Source: an uncultured delta proteobacterium
Lineage (GTDB): Bacteria; Desulfobacterota; Syntrophorhabdia; Syntrophorhabdales; WCHB1-27
NCBI GenBank assembly: GCA_963810935.1
Contig: CAWEPK010000008.1
Location: 608,001-672,000, forward strand
Direction of reading: 5' to 3'
Length of the DNA: 64,000 nucleotides
Below the pieces are notes generated by a model. The model did no database searches. It worked only from the letters and a program-made list of their open reading frames with translations, and was not told where the DNA came from. Position 1 is the first letter of the stretch. The number at the start of each line of letters is the position of its first letter. This document shows, piece by piece, positions 53,692 to 63,312 of this stretch. A program made the position numbers and the translations under genes.

Positions 53692-54333
53692 AATCATCTA
53701 CCCCCGGCAAAGCCGGGGGTTTGTTAAAACCGTGAACCGCTCAAAGCGGTTAGTTGTGCGTTAGCTGCCTAAAGGCAGCTATTTGTCCTTCTCAAACAGT
53801 TTCATCTGGTCGAGCCTTCGATCTGTCTCTTCCTGGGCTTGGATGTACGCTCGTATGGCTTGCTCGTCCAACCCTATGGTCGATACGCAATAACCTCTGG
53901 CCCAAAAGCTCTGACCTACGAAGTTGCGTCTCCTGCCGCTCATCCGGGCTATGTAGATCGCGCTCTTCCCTTTGATAAAGCCTACCACCTGGGCAACGGC
54001 ATACTTTGGGGGAACCGAGAGCAACACGTGGACGTGGTCCACTACCAGTTTCCCCTCCAGCACCTCGCTCTCCTTCTGTCGCGCCACTCCTTGATGATGG
54101 GCCCTATCTCCTTCCTGAGCTTTCCGTAGAGCACCTTTTTCCGGTACTTCGGAATCCACACCACATGATACTTGCAATCCCATACCGTATGACATAAGCT
54201 CTGAATATCTTCCACCGAAAGCCTCCTTAACTCTGCCGACCGCCTAAACGGTTCACGGATACAGGAGGCTTTCCTATATATTCCCGGAATTGTCAAACTC
54301 CGGGATTCCCCCGGCAGAGCCGGGGGTTTACCA
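53692..54333 (-). mobile_element. IS200/IS605-family element (tnpA only)
   Basis: Subterminal hairpins CCCCCGGC-AAA/AGA-GCCGGGGG at ~53701-53719 and ~54308-54326; RBS-sequestering inverted repeat 54218-54227/54263-54272; exact ends approximate. Confidence 0.9.
53779..54215 (-). pseudogene. tnpA: IS200 Y1 transposase with 1-nt frameshift near 54087
   Basis: CKYHVVWIPKYRKK in one frame; DHVH, FIKGKSA, FWARGY, YIQAQ in the next; 437 nt from GTG. May be a sequencing error. Confidence 0.85.
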
Positions 54334-54342
54334 GAATGAAAT

Positions 54343-54396
54343 TACCGGGGCTATCGTCGCCCCCTCCAGCGGCGAAGCCGCCGGAGCCACCCCCTC
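54343..54396 (-). repeat. Repeat family 1 copy (related copies at ~21395-21447, 24950-25027, 44986-45040, 53046-53070, 53096-53120)
   Basis: GAGGGGGTGG-CTCCGGCGGC-TTC-GCCGCTGGAG-GGGGCGACGATAGCCCCGGTAA on minus strand. Confidence 0.75.
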
Positions 54397-54425
54397 ATAA
54401 AAAGGAAGAAAGTGCATCATTCCCC

Positions 54426-55490
54426 CTACCACTTAAACTGCGTGGTAGTCCTGTAAGTCTCCACTGCATGGGTGAAGTCGTCTATGTGCTGCTCGGTGAA
54501 GGGTATCTCGGTCCTTTTGAAGAAGGCCTCCCAGCCTATCCTCTCGATCCACTCGCCCAGTCTCTCGGTCGGCCTGGCGGATGATGCATAGACATCGACT
54601 ATCCTCTTGAGGACGTCCACTACCTCGGGCCACCTGGGAGGGTTATTGGGCAGGTAGGGGACTACCATGCGGGAGAACATCGGGGGCTTTCTGGCATTGG
54701 GCACCTTGCCCCCTGCGTAAATGGCGACACCGTCCGTATCCCCGTCGGCAAGCGGCATGGCCGGGCAGACGGTAAAGCAGTTGGCGCAGTACATGCAGAG
54801 GTCCTCGCGGACAACCACGCTCTTTACGTCAGCATCCGGGTGCCTTCTTATCGCCCCTGTGGGACAGGACTGTATGGTTGTAGGTATCTCGCACTGGGCG
54901 AGCACCCTCTCATGGTCGGGCCGGGGGGGCTTCGTATGTACGCCCACTATGGCAAGGTCGGAGCAGTGGACCGCACCGCACATGTTGATGCAGCAGGCAA
55001 GGGATATCCTTAAGTGGTTCGGGAGCTTCATCTCGGTGAACTGGTCGTAGAAGGCGTCCATGACGGCTTTTACTATGCCTGATGCGTCGGTTGCCGCGCT
55101 GTGGCAGTGGATCCACCCCTGGGTGTGGACTATGTTAGAGATGCACTTGCCCGTCCCGCCTATGGGGAGGCCTAGCTTATGGAGGTCTGCTATGATAGGC
55201 TCCACCTTTGCCTTGTCCGGGGTCATGAACTCTATGTTGTGGCGGCTGGTGAACCGAAGATGGCCGTTGCAGTGCTTATCGGCCACATCGCAGAGGTCCC
55301 TTATGAAGTCTATAGAGACGAGCCTGGGGGAGCCTGCACGGATGGAGTAGACCTCTTGGCCTGATTCCGAGACATGGCGGAGGACGCCCGGCTTTACGAT
55401 CTCGTGGTACTTCCATTTGCCGTAGTTGTCCTTGATCACGTCGGGGAGCATCGTTTTGAAGTCGGGGGGTCCTATATCGGTCTTTCTCAT
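54426..55490 (-). CDS. dsrB: Dissimilatory sulfite reductase beta subunit
   Basis: [68 protein letters not shown]. Confidence 0.96.
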   Translation of the reverse strand: MRKTDIGPPDFKTMLPDVIKDNYGKWKYHEIVKPGVLRHVSESGQEVYSIRAGSPRLVSIDFIRDLCDVADKHCNGHLRFTSRHNIEFMTPDKAKVEPIIADLHKLGLPIGGTGKCISNIVHTQGWIHCHSAATDASGIVKAVMDAFYDQFTEMKLPNHLRISLACCINMCGAVHCSDLAIVGVHTKPPRPDHERVLAQCEIPTTIQSCPTGAIRRHPDADVKSVVVREDLCMYCANCFTVCPAMPLADGDTDGVAIYAGGKVPNARKPPMFSRMVVPYLPNNPPRWPEVVDVLKRIVDVYASSARPTERLGEWIERIGWEAFFKRTEIPFTEQHIDDFTHAVETYRTTTQFKW

Positions 55491-55500
55491 GGTTGTCTCC

Positions 55501-56661
55501 TTATTTGAAGAACACATAGGGATTGGCTCTCGGTTTATTGACCATCTGGGGCACGGGGGGAAGGTCGACCGCCTTCAGGAACTCCTTCAGGCCGATCCTC
55601 TGTATGGTCTCGGCTACCCTCTCGCGCGTCCTTCCGTGCTCGTCCCACCAGTCCCATATCTTGGCAAGGAGGTCCTTTACTTCCGTATAGGGGGGTTTTA
55701 TCTCCATGAAGGGGACAAGCACCCAGGAGAGGTTGGCGCCTTTTAAGATAGGGGCCTTGCCGCCTATCAGGATGGTTGCCCCTTTGACTATGCCGGGCCT
55801 TAGGGCCTTCGGCATGGTGTTTATGCAGTGCATGCAGCGGACGCAGTCCTCAGGGATGAGCTTTAAGGTAGTACCGTCCCAGTCAAGGGCCTCGGTGGGG
55901 CACTTGCGGACTACGAGGGAGTCTATGTCCAGACCATCCTTCACATAGGTCCTTACCCCTTCCTGGTCTATACGGAGAGAGTCGTGCCAGGCGCCTATGA
56001 TCGTGAAGTCCGCCCTTGCTATGGCGGCAACGCAGTCGTTGGGGCAGCCGGACGCCTTGATCTTGAACTTATAGGGCCAGCGGGGGCGGTGTATCTCGTC
56101 CTGGTAGGTCATGGTGAGGTCGTAGATAAGGTCTAAGGTGTCGATATTGGCATACTCGCACCTGGCCTGGCCTATGCAGCCAGCGGGGGTGCGAAGCGCG
56201 GAGCCGGAGCCGCCCAGGTCGAAGCCTGCTTCGGTCAGCTCGTCGAAGCAGGGCTGGAGGTTCTCCGTGGTGGTGCCCAGGAGGATGACGTCCCCTGTGG
56301 AGCCGTGGAAGTTGGTCATGCCGCTTCCGTACTTCTCCCATATGTCGCAGATCTTCCGGAGGGCGTCCGTTGTGTAGAACCAGCCTGCGGGCTGGTTGAT
56401 CCGCATGGTGTGGAAGGCAGCGGCGAATGGGAAGTCATCGGGCGCATCGCAGTACCTGCCTATTACGCCTCCCCCGTAGCCTGTAACCCCCACTATGCCT
56501 CCATGCTTCCAGTGGGTTACCCGGTCATGATAGGAGCGCTCCTGGATCTTAAGGAGATCTTTTGCCGCGGGGTTCTTCTTTGCAGCCCGCTTCATCTCCT
56601 TAACAAAGCTCGGCCATGGTCCCTTCTCGAGGTCGTCGAGCAGGGGGGTGTCGTCGGTCAT
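55501..56661 (-). CDS. dsrA: Dissimilatory sulfite reductase alpha subunit
   Basis: [33 protein letters not shown], siroheme motif CIGQARC...CPNDC, CVRCMHC. Confidence 0.97.
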   Translation of the reverse strand: MTDDTPLLDDLEKGPWPSFVKEMKRAAKKNPAAKDLLKIQERSYHDRVTHWKHGGIVGVTGYGGGVIGRYCDAPDDFPFAAAFHTMRINQPAGWFYTTDALRKICDIWEKYGSGMTNFHGSTGDVILLGTTTENLQPCFDELTEAGFDLGGSGSALRTPAGCIGQARCEYANIDTLDLIYDLTMTYQDEIHRPRWPYKFKIKASGCPNDCVAAIARADFTIIGAWHDSLRIDQEGVRTYVKDGLDIDSLVVRKCPTEALDWDGTTLKLIPEDCVRCMHCINTMPKALRPGIVKGATILIGGKAPILKGANLSWVLVPFMEIKPPYTEVKDLLAKIWDWWDEHGRTRERVAETIQRIGLKEFLKAVDLPPVPQMVNKPRANPYVFFK

Positions 56662-56772
56662 GGGGTCCTCCTGGGTAGTCGCACGATGAAGCAGCCGTTA
56701 CGGCCTATCTTGTAATTTGTATCATATCGGCTGATTTTGCACAATGCACATGAGAGGCCGGCGGTGTTACAT

Positions 56773-57837
56773 CTATCGCAAAGAACGCGACTCGTTTCGC
56801 ATCGTCTTCAGGAAGCGCAGGAGGGCGATAAAAATGGCGAGTACCAAGGGGCCCAGAACAAACCCCACGAAACCGAAGAACCCGACACCGCCGAGGATGC
56901 CGAACAGGACGACCACGAAGGGTATTTTTGCCCGGCCCCTTGCGAGCCACGGCCGCAAAAGCTGCTCGATGCCGTTTGTGCCGACAACAGATACGGCGAG
57001 GACTATGATCGCGGCCAGTATTCGGCCGGCGATGAAAAGATAGGCGACGACCCCGAGCCAGACGATGGCGGACCCGACCAGCGGGATCAGCGCCGAAAAG
57101 CCGACGGCCAGCGCCACGAGAACGGGGGACGGCACTTTGGCCAGACTGAAAGTTACGAAGGCGAAGAGTGCGTGCCCGACCGGGCTGAATATGGTGCCGT
57201 AAATCGTCGATATAACGACGTCTCTGACAAGCTCCCTGAGCTTCTCCCTGCTTGCGGCCGGAAAAGGTATCTGCTCCAATCCCGCCCTGACAAACTCCGG
57301 GCCTTTCTGGGGAAGAAAAAAGAGAACGATCAGGGTGAGTATGAGGTCTACGATCGAGGTAAGAAAGATGACTGCGTGGCCGGGTATTTGACCCGCGAGC
57401 TTCTGGCCGCCCTTGATAATGTAATCGACGGCCGCCTCCCCTACCCGGCTGTCGCTCAGGCCGAGCATCGAAAGAACGGGATTTACGAACCGGCTCAAGA
57501 AACCCCGGGACGAGCTGCCGGCAAGCAGGTTCTCCTTCTGAAGATAAGCCGTAGCGCTCGCTACCTCATTGACCAGAAGGTACAGGAAGTAGGAAACCGG
57601 GCCGAGGACCAGAAGCAGGATGATTACCAGATTGATGAGCGAGGCGAGGCTTTCATTTCTTACGAGCCTGAGGACCAGAGAATAAAGCGGGTACGAGACA
57701 ATGGCGAGGATGATCGCCCACAGGATCGCGGCAAGGTAGGGCCTGATGATCTCGTAGGAGAGATAGCCGAAGAAAAGCAGGAAAATGCCCAGAACGACGA
57801 ACTGGGACAATGTTTCGTGCGTGTTCTTCCCCGCCAT
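56773..57837 (-). CDS. AI-2E family transporter
   Basis: Polytopic; IPLVGS, LLRPWL, FGFVGFVLGP. Confidence 0.88.
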   Translation of the reverse strand: MAGKNTHETLSQFVVLGIFLLFFGYLSYEIIRPYLAAILWAIILAIVSYPLYSLVLRLVRNESLASLINLVIILLLVLGPVSYFLYLLVNEVASATAYLQKENLLAGSSSRGFLSRFVNPVLSMLGLSDSRVGEAAVDYIIKGGQKLAGQIPGHAVIFLTSIVDLILTLIVLFFLPQKGPEFVRAGLEQIPFPAASREKLRELVRDVVISTIYGTIFSPVGHALFAFVTFSLAKVPSPVLVALAVGFSALIPLVGSAIVWLGVVAYLFIAGRILAAIIVLAVSVVGTNGIEQLLRPWLARGRAKIPFVVVLFGILGGVGFFGFVGFVLGPLVLAIFIALLRFLKTMRNESRSLR

Positions 57838-57934
57838 GCCTGCCTTTCCCGCCCGGTTGGAACGCGGCGTAAAAGAAGCCCCGTCCTAGGTCGATAATAG
57901 GCACGCCCATCCTCGCAATCAAGCCCTGCAAATT

Positions 57935-59312
57935 TTAGCTAGGCTGTCCCCATGCCTTTCTTCCGGCGGGCATGAGAAAGAGGACGGGGATCGAGACCAG
58001 GGGCATGAGGCCGAAGGCGATAAAGGCAATCATGAAGCCGAGGGAGGGGCCGGAGCTAAGGTGGAGGATAGCTGTAACGATTGAGATGGCGAGGGCGCCG
58101 CCGATATTCCTGAACATATTCCGGAGTCCGACTATCGTGCCCACCTTCTCAGGCATCAGCTCGATACATGCGTTATTCGAAGCCGGAAACAGCATACCCC
58201 CTCCGAGGCCGTTTATGGCCATGATAATCGACATTGTGCCTATCACCCCCAGCCCCCTTCCCCCGCTCGACGGAAAGAACCCCGGCGCAAGAAGGATTAT
58301 CGTGAGGCCGGTTATGACGCAGCCTATCACCATTGGCCACCGGTAGCCGACCCTTTTCAGAAGAAAGCTCGTTACTGCGGCCGTGGCGGCCATCGCCAGG
58401 GACCGGGGCGTGAGGATCATGCCGCTCATCAATGTAGAGAGCTTATGGACCGATACCGCGTAGAACGGGACGAACGAAAAAAAGCCCATCGTCGTCATTC
58501 CGACGATGAGGTTCGACACGTTCGCCGCAGCGAAGGCCTTCGACTCCAGCAGGGTTGCGTCGATGATCGGCTTTTCCGTGCGTTTCTCCTGTCGAAGGAA
58601 GAGCACCGCGAGCAGGACACTGGCGAAAAAGAGAAGCACCGAAAACAGTACGATGAGGAGCGTAAAGCTCTCGGCAATGAAATTGAGCCCCAGCATAAGC
58701 GCCAGCAGCGACCCGCTCATGAGCGCCACCCCGGCAAGGTCGATCCGGGGCCGCGTAACGGTCACGGATTCTTTGAGCAGCACCATGGTCGAAATAATCA
58801 ATAGAACACCGATAGGGACATTGATATAGAAAATATAGCGCCAGGAATACTGGCTGACGATCCAGCCCCCCAGGTTCGGCCCGACGACGGCCCCTATGCC
58901 GAAGATGCTTGCAAAAAGGCCGATTGCCGCTTCGCGGCCCTCCGGGAAGTGATCGCTCACGATGCCCGAGGCGGTAGGAAGAAAGCAAGCCCCTCCTATG
59001 CCCTGAAGGAGCCTGAAGGCTATAAGAGAATAGATATCGGGCGCAATGCCGCAAAGAAGGGAGTCTGCCTGTGAAGAGCAAGAGGGAAGCGATGAAGAGC
59101 TTCTTGCGGCCGAAGCTGTCGCTCAGATTTCCCGCCAGGGGCATTGTCATCGTGGCGGCGATGAAGTATATCGAGATCGTCCACGCCGACCAGAGGACAT
59201 TGGTATGGAGCTCTTCGGTAAAGTTCGGGAAGGCCACGGCTATCACCGTGGCATCGATAGCGTTCATGAAGATACTCAAGCCCGCAGTAAAGAAGATCAG
59301 GTAATTTCGCAT
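57935..59312 (-). CDS. DHA2-type MFS transporter (apparent frameshift near 59065)
   Basis: MNAIDATVIAVAFP, GNLSDSFGRK, GPNLGG, WRYIFYINVPIG across two frames. Confidence 0.85.
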
Positions 59313-59517
59313 TCCGGGAACCCTCAGATCAAGGAAGTCTACTAAATTGTGCCGATAACGGTCAACAGGAAGACAAATGGTCCGGGCAAACATGGATATG
59401 TTATTCTTGGAAATAGGAGACTCCGGCCTGTTGCCTGCAGGCCGGACGGGAACTATGCTGTTGAGAAGGTACGGGTCCATGCACCCATATCGACAAACGG
59501 GATGAAAGGATAGCCAT

Positions 59518-61197
59518 ATGCCCGCCGACAGTGCCCGCCTGGACAGGCTCGTCCAGGCCTTTAGCAGAGACGGCTACGTTGTGGACCGAAGCGCCGGCGT
59601 CGTCGAGCACAACGGCGCCCTGGGCATGAGGGCCGTCCATCGTACCGCCACAACCCACGGGTCCGGCAAACCGAAGTACGCCCTGTACCTGGAAGGCAGT
59701 CATTATGAAATGGGATACCTGCAGGGACTTCTCGCAGAAAAAGAAATCTCCCTTATGACTACCAAATTCAGGGACCAGGTGCTTTTCGACTTTATCCGGT
59801 ACGAAAGCGATATGCCTCCGGGCATGGGGCCGAACGTCATACAGCAGGTGGTCATGGGTATCGTGCAAAGCCTCGCTCTCGCACGAAACTACTATATACC
59901 CGAAGACTACATGAAAGAAATGGAAGGCATCGTAGACGGCTGCACGCAGGCGAACAGCCGGACAGCGGTAAGTAAGGACACCTTGATCTTCCTCAACGTC
60001 GGCATGGATATCCTTCTCTCCATCATCTATTCGGGCAAGCTGCCCGGTCAGTTCAGCGGACGCCTCAACCTGGGGCGCTTGCTGATCCCGATGATGTGCA
60101 ACGCCTTCTCTATTTTCGGGGATGCGGCCGGGGGCGGCCATTTCTTCGGAAGAGATTTCATGTTCCCGACGGCAGGGATATTTCAGGATACGGTTTGCAC
60201 GACGATCTACAAGCCCGGCGGCGGCTGCAATTTTGTGGGAGTGACCGCGCCCGCGTTCATAGGCTGTGTGGCTGCAATGAATATCCAGGGAATAGCATGC
60301 GGCGTAAATATGGCCCCCGCTGCCGCTTGCAATCCGAACGCAACGGGTATGAACTCCCTTCTTATGGTCCGCCACTGCATCGAACACGGCGCGACAGGCG
60401 AGGAGGCGGTGAAGCGCATCGAGGAATCGCCCCGCGGAGTGTCCTGGATCTACGTCATAGCGGACGGTATGCGCGACTGCGCATACGTTCTGGAGACGGT
60501 CTGTTCCGAAGGCAACCTCGATGTCATGAGCTTCCCTCCCCGGAGGCTGACCGACCCCGCCTTGCTGCCCGACCGCGCTTTTATCAAGGAGCACAAAACG
60601 GTTGAGATAAGGGGCGGCGTGGCGGTCCGGAAAAACGATTACGCTTTCGACGAGGCGTATCTCGCCTTCAACAAGGGGCTATGGAAAAATTACCGGAAAA
60701 CCCACCCGGGTACAAAACTCTACCACGATGCCTTTACCACAAAGGGGTATATCAACCGGGCGGACAAGGAGAAGAACTGCCCCGCCACGGCCTATTTCGC
60801 CCCTTTGCGGGTCGGACGCGAGGACGTTGTCATCGCGACCAACCATTTCATCATCCCGGAGATGAGGCTGTGCGGCATGGCGGACTGGGTAACGACAGTC
60901 TTCGGGAACGGGGTGCAGGATTCCCAATGGCGGTATGACGAGCTGAACAGGCAGGTCCTGGACGCAATATCCCGGAAGGGATTCGTAGACGCCGAATCGG
61001 CCGGAGAGCTGATCGACTTTCTCGCTCCTTACCGTAAATTCCCCGATTACTACGCCAACAAAGGAAAGGGCAGGGACGGGGAAATCATCATCGAGGGCAG
61101 CGTCTCTCTCTTCGACTTGAAAGAGAAGAAAGTGAAAAGCCATTACGGCTACTACTGCGACGAATGGGTAGAGCTTACCCTGCCCTCCTATCTATAG
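59518..61197 (+). CDS. C45-family/Ntn-hydrolase-like autoproteolytic acyltransferase or hydrolase
   Basis: GSHYEMGYLQG, EMEGI, MCNAF (putative Cys nucleophile), GRDF, MNIQG, ATNHF. Confidence 0.72.
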   Translation: MPADSARLDRLVQAFSRDGYVVDRSAGVVEHNGALGMRAVHRTATTHGSGKPKYALYLEGSHYEMGYLQGLLAEKEISLMTTKFRDQVLFDFIRYESDMPPGMGPNVIQQVVMGIVQSLALARNYYIPEDYMKEMEGIVDGCTQANSRTAVSKDTLIFLNVGMDILLSIIYSGKLPGQFSGRLNLGRLLIPMMCNAFSIFGDAAGGGHFFGRDFMFPTAGIFQDTVCTTIYKPGGGCNFVGVTAPAFIGCVAAMNIQGIACGVNMAPAAACNPNATGMNSLLMVRHCIEHGATGEEAVKRIEESPRGVSWIYVIADGMRDCAYVLETVCSEGNLDVMSFPPRRLTDPALLPDRAFIKEHKTVEIRGGVAVRKNDYAFDEAYLAFNKGLWKNYRKTHPGTKLYHDAFTTKGYINRADKEKNCPATAYFAPLRVGREDVVIATNHFIIPEMRLCGMADWVTTVFGNGVQDSQWRYDELNRQVLDAISRKGFVDAESAGELIDFLAPYRKFPDYYANKGKGRDGEIIIEGSVSLFDLKEKKVKSHYGYYCDEWVELTLPSYL

Positions 61198-61310
61198 CCT
61201 AAAATCCCACCCCGTTGCCTATCCGCCGGCCGGGAACTATGTTCTGACAAAAGATGCCGGTAGACAACACCGAAACTGCGGTGATAGCCGACTGCAAAAG
61301 GAGAATAAGC

Positions 61311-61766
61311 ATGGCTTGGACAAGAACACTTATCCTGCTCGCTGTCTTCTGTTCCTTTACAGGGCCTCTATGCGCCGCCGATCCAGCCGACATGGCACAG
61401 CTTCAGTCCGCAAAGAGAAGCTGCGTTGATTGCGATTTATCAGAGGGGAACCTCACCGAATCCGACCTGTCTCAATCCGACCTGCGTGGCGCGGACCTCT
61501 CCGGTGCGAGCCTCGTAAACGCCAACCTCGCCGATACCGACCTCACGGGCGCAGACATGTCCCGCTCGAATCTGACCGGCGCGGACCTGAATTATGCAAA
61601 GTTGGTCGAGGCGGACCTGACGGGTGCAAACCTTCGCGGGGCAGTCCTTATGGGGGCAACGCTGACCGATGCCGTGCTTGAGGACGCCGACCTTTCGGGA
61701 GCGGTCTGGACGGACGGCACCCAATGCAGGAGCGGGTCTATAGGGAAATGCATTGCCCAACCATAG
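61311..61766 (+). CDS. Secreted pentapeptide-repeat protein
   Basis: Signal peptide, CVDCDLS, A(D/N)LxG repeats, C-terminal WTDG..C...C; GGAG RBS. Confidence 0.9.
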   Translation: MAWTRTLILLAVFCSFTGPLCAADPADMAQLQSAKRSCVDCDLSEGNLTESDLSQSDLRGADLSGASLVNANLADTDLTGADMSRSNLTGADLNYAKLVEADLTGANLRGAVLMGATLTDAVLEDADLSGAVWTDGTQCRSGSIGKCIAQP

Positions 61767-61794
61767 TGTAGCCGCCGTTCGGGCCCGCTATGGG

Positions 61795-63237
61795 TTATGT
61801 CCCGATCCCGCAGAGTCTTTTCGCTGCCCGCTGCTTCTCTTTCATGTTCTCGTAACGGGAGATCATGATACGCTGCGCCTGGGGAGAACCCGCCCCGTGC
61901 ATCGATTCCGTAAGATACCCGACCGCCGCTGCGCCAAGCGTCATGTTCTCGATAAGCCTCAGTATCCTCATGCGGTCGAGGGTCGGTACGTCGGATTTTC
62001 CCGCGAAATACTTGCTTGCCCACTTGCCGCATTCCGGTGACGTAAAGTCCTTCTCGGACGGCATCGTGACGAGCAACCCCCCGGCGATGTCCTGAGCGAG
62101 GCGGGCGATCTCATAGGGAAACCTGGTGACGTTCTGCTTATGCACGTTGGCGAGGAGTGTGTCTACCGCGTAGGTACCGCTCGGTTCCTTGTGCCCCTCG
62201 GAGGCGCACGCTATGCATCCGCAGTATAGCGTTTCGTTCAAATGGTTCATTTCTATGATCTTGTCCTTAACGTGCGACGCCCTCTCGATCCCGTTGTATT
62301 CCGCGACCGTCTGCGTGGCGCCTATCAGAACGTCTCCCACGCCCACCTTGCACGCGTAACTCTGGCGGTGGTAGGAAGCAAACCTTTCAACCAACTGGCC
62401 CGTGAACTCATGCTCTTTGAACATGAATACGCGCTCCCACGGCACGAAGACATCGTCGAAGACGATAAGCGCCTCGTGCCCCCCGAAGAGCACATTGCCC
62501 GTATCCATGTTGCCGCCTTCCAGTTTTCTCGTGTCGCACGACTGGCGCCCCATGATGAAGGAGACGCCGGACGCGTCGCTCGGAACGGCAAAGGCCACTG
62601 CGTAGTTCTCATCTTCTTTGTCTAAAGCGATAGTGGGCATGACGATGATCTCGTGGGAATTGACGGCCCCCGTTTGGTGGGCCTTGGCGCCCCTTACGAC
62701 AATCCCGTCTTCCCTTTCGGAGACTATTCTGAGGAAAAGGTCCGGGTCTGCCTGTGCGTGCGGCGGCAAAGACCTGTCGCCCTTCGGGTCGGTCATCGCA
62801 CCGTCGCAGGTGAGGTCATTCTCCTGAACGTAGGCGAGGTATTTCCGGAATCGCTGATAATAATCCCTGCCATATTTCGTGTCTATGTTATAGGTCACGA
62901 TGGAAAGCGCGTTGAGTGCGTCCGTGCCGACGCATCTTTGAAAGCAGCACCCCGTTTCACGGCCGAGCAGTCTCCCCATCTTGCTCTTGTTCACCAGGTC
63001 GTCAGTGCCCTGGTGGATATGGGTGAACCTGTTAACTTTCTTTCCGGTCAGATGGGACCGGGCGGTCATAACCGCTTCGAACTCCGGCCGGAGGGCCAAT
63101 TCATACGTCTTAGCCACCGCGTTCATCGAAGGGCGGATGATAGGGTTATCGACGACATTCTCTATCCTCTCGCCGAACATGTAAACAACGAGCTTCAACT
63201 TCCTCAGGCTCTCTTCGTATTCCTGCGGCGTCATCAT
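61795..63237 (-). CDS. abfD: 4-hydroxybutyryl-CoA dehydratase/vinylacetyl-CoA isomerase family
   Basis: CFQRC, MTDPKGDRS, HRQSYACK, ESMHGAGSPQAQR. Confidence 0.88.
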   Translation of the reverse strand: MMTPQEYEESLRKLKLVVYMFGERIENVVDNPIIRPSMNAVAKTYELALRPEFEAVMTARSHLTGKKVNRFTHIHQGTDDLVNKSKMGRLLGRETGCCFQRCVGTDALNALSIVTYNIDTKYGRDYYQRFRKYLAYVQENDLTCDGAMTDPKGDRSLPPHAQADPDLFLRIVSEREDGIVVRGAKAHQTGAVNSHEIIVMPTIALDKEDENYAVAFAVPSDASGVSFIMGRQSCDTRKLEGGNMDTGNVLFGGHEALIVFDDVFVPWERVFMFKEHEFTGQLVERFASYHRQSYACKVGVGDVLIGATQTVAEYNGIERASHVKDKIIEMNHLNETLYCGCIACASEGHKEPSGTYAVDTLLANVHKQNVTRFPYEIARLAQDIAGGLLVTMPSEKDFTSPECGKWASKYFAGKSDVPTLDRMRILRLIENMTLGAAAVGYLTESMHGAGSPQAQRIMISRYENMKEKQRAAKRLCGIGT

Positions 63238-63312
63238 ATGAATGGTCCCCTTCTTTTTTGTGATGAGCTTCCCTTCATTCTATGCGCGACGGACTCTCTG
63301 AACCGAATACGA

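Noticed and set aside
53635..54479. dsrB tail duplication as an IS target-site duplication
   Set aside because: IS200/IS605 make no TSD, the copies are synonymously diverged, and one is ~90 nt away from the IS end.
56740..56765. GG-N10-GC element upstream of dsrA as a sigma-54 promoter
   Set aside because: Spacing fits but the flanking consensus bases are poor.
4435..60594. Many long antisense or alternate-frame ORFs (e.g. 4435-5802, 7564-8820, 56737-57897, 59401-60594)
   Set aside because: Shadow ORFs opposite well-supported genes in GC-rich DNA, with no motifs.
61430..61710. 15-nt periodic repeats
   Set aside because: Coding pentapeptide repeats, not a CRISPR array or VNTR.
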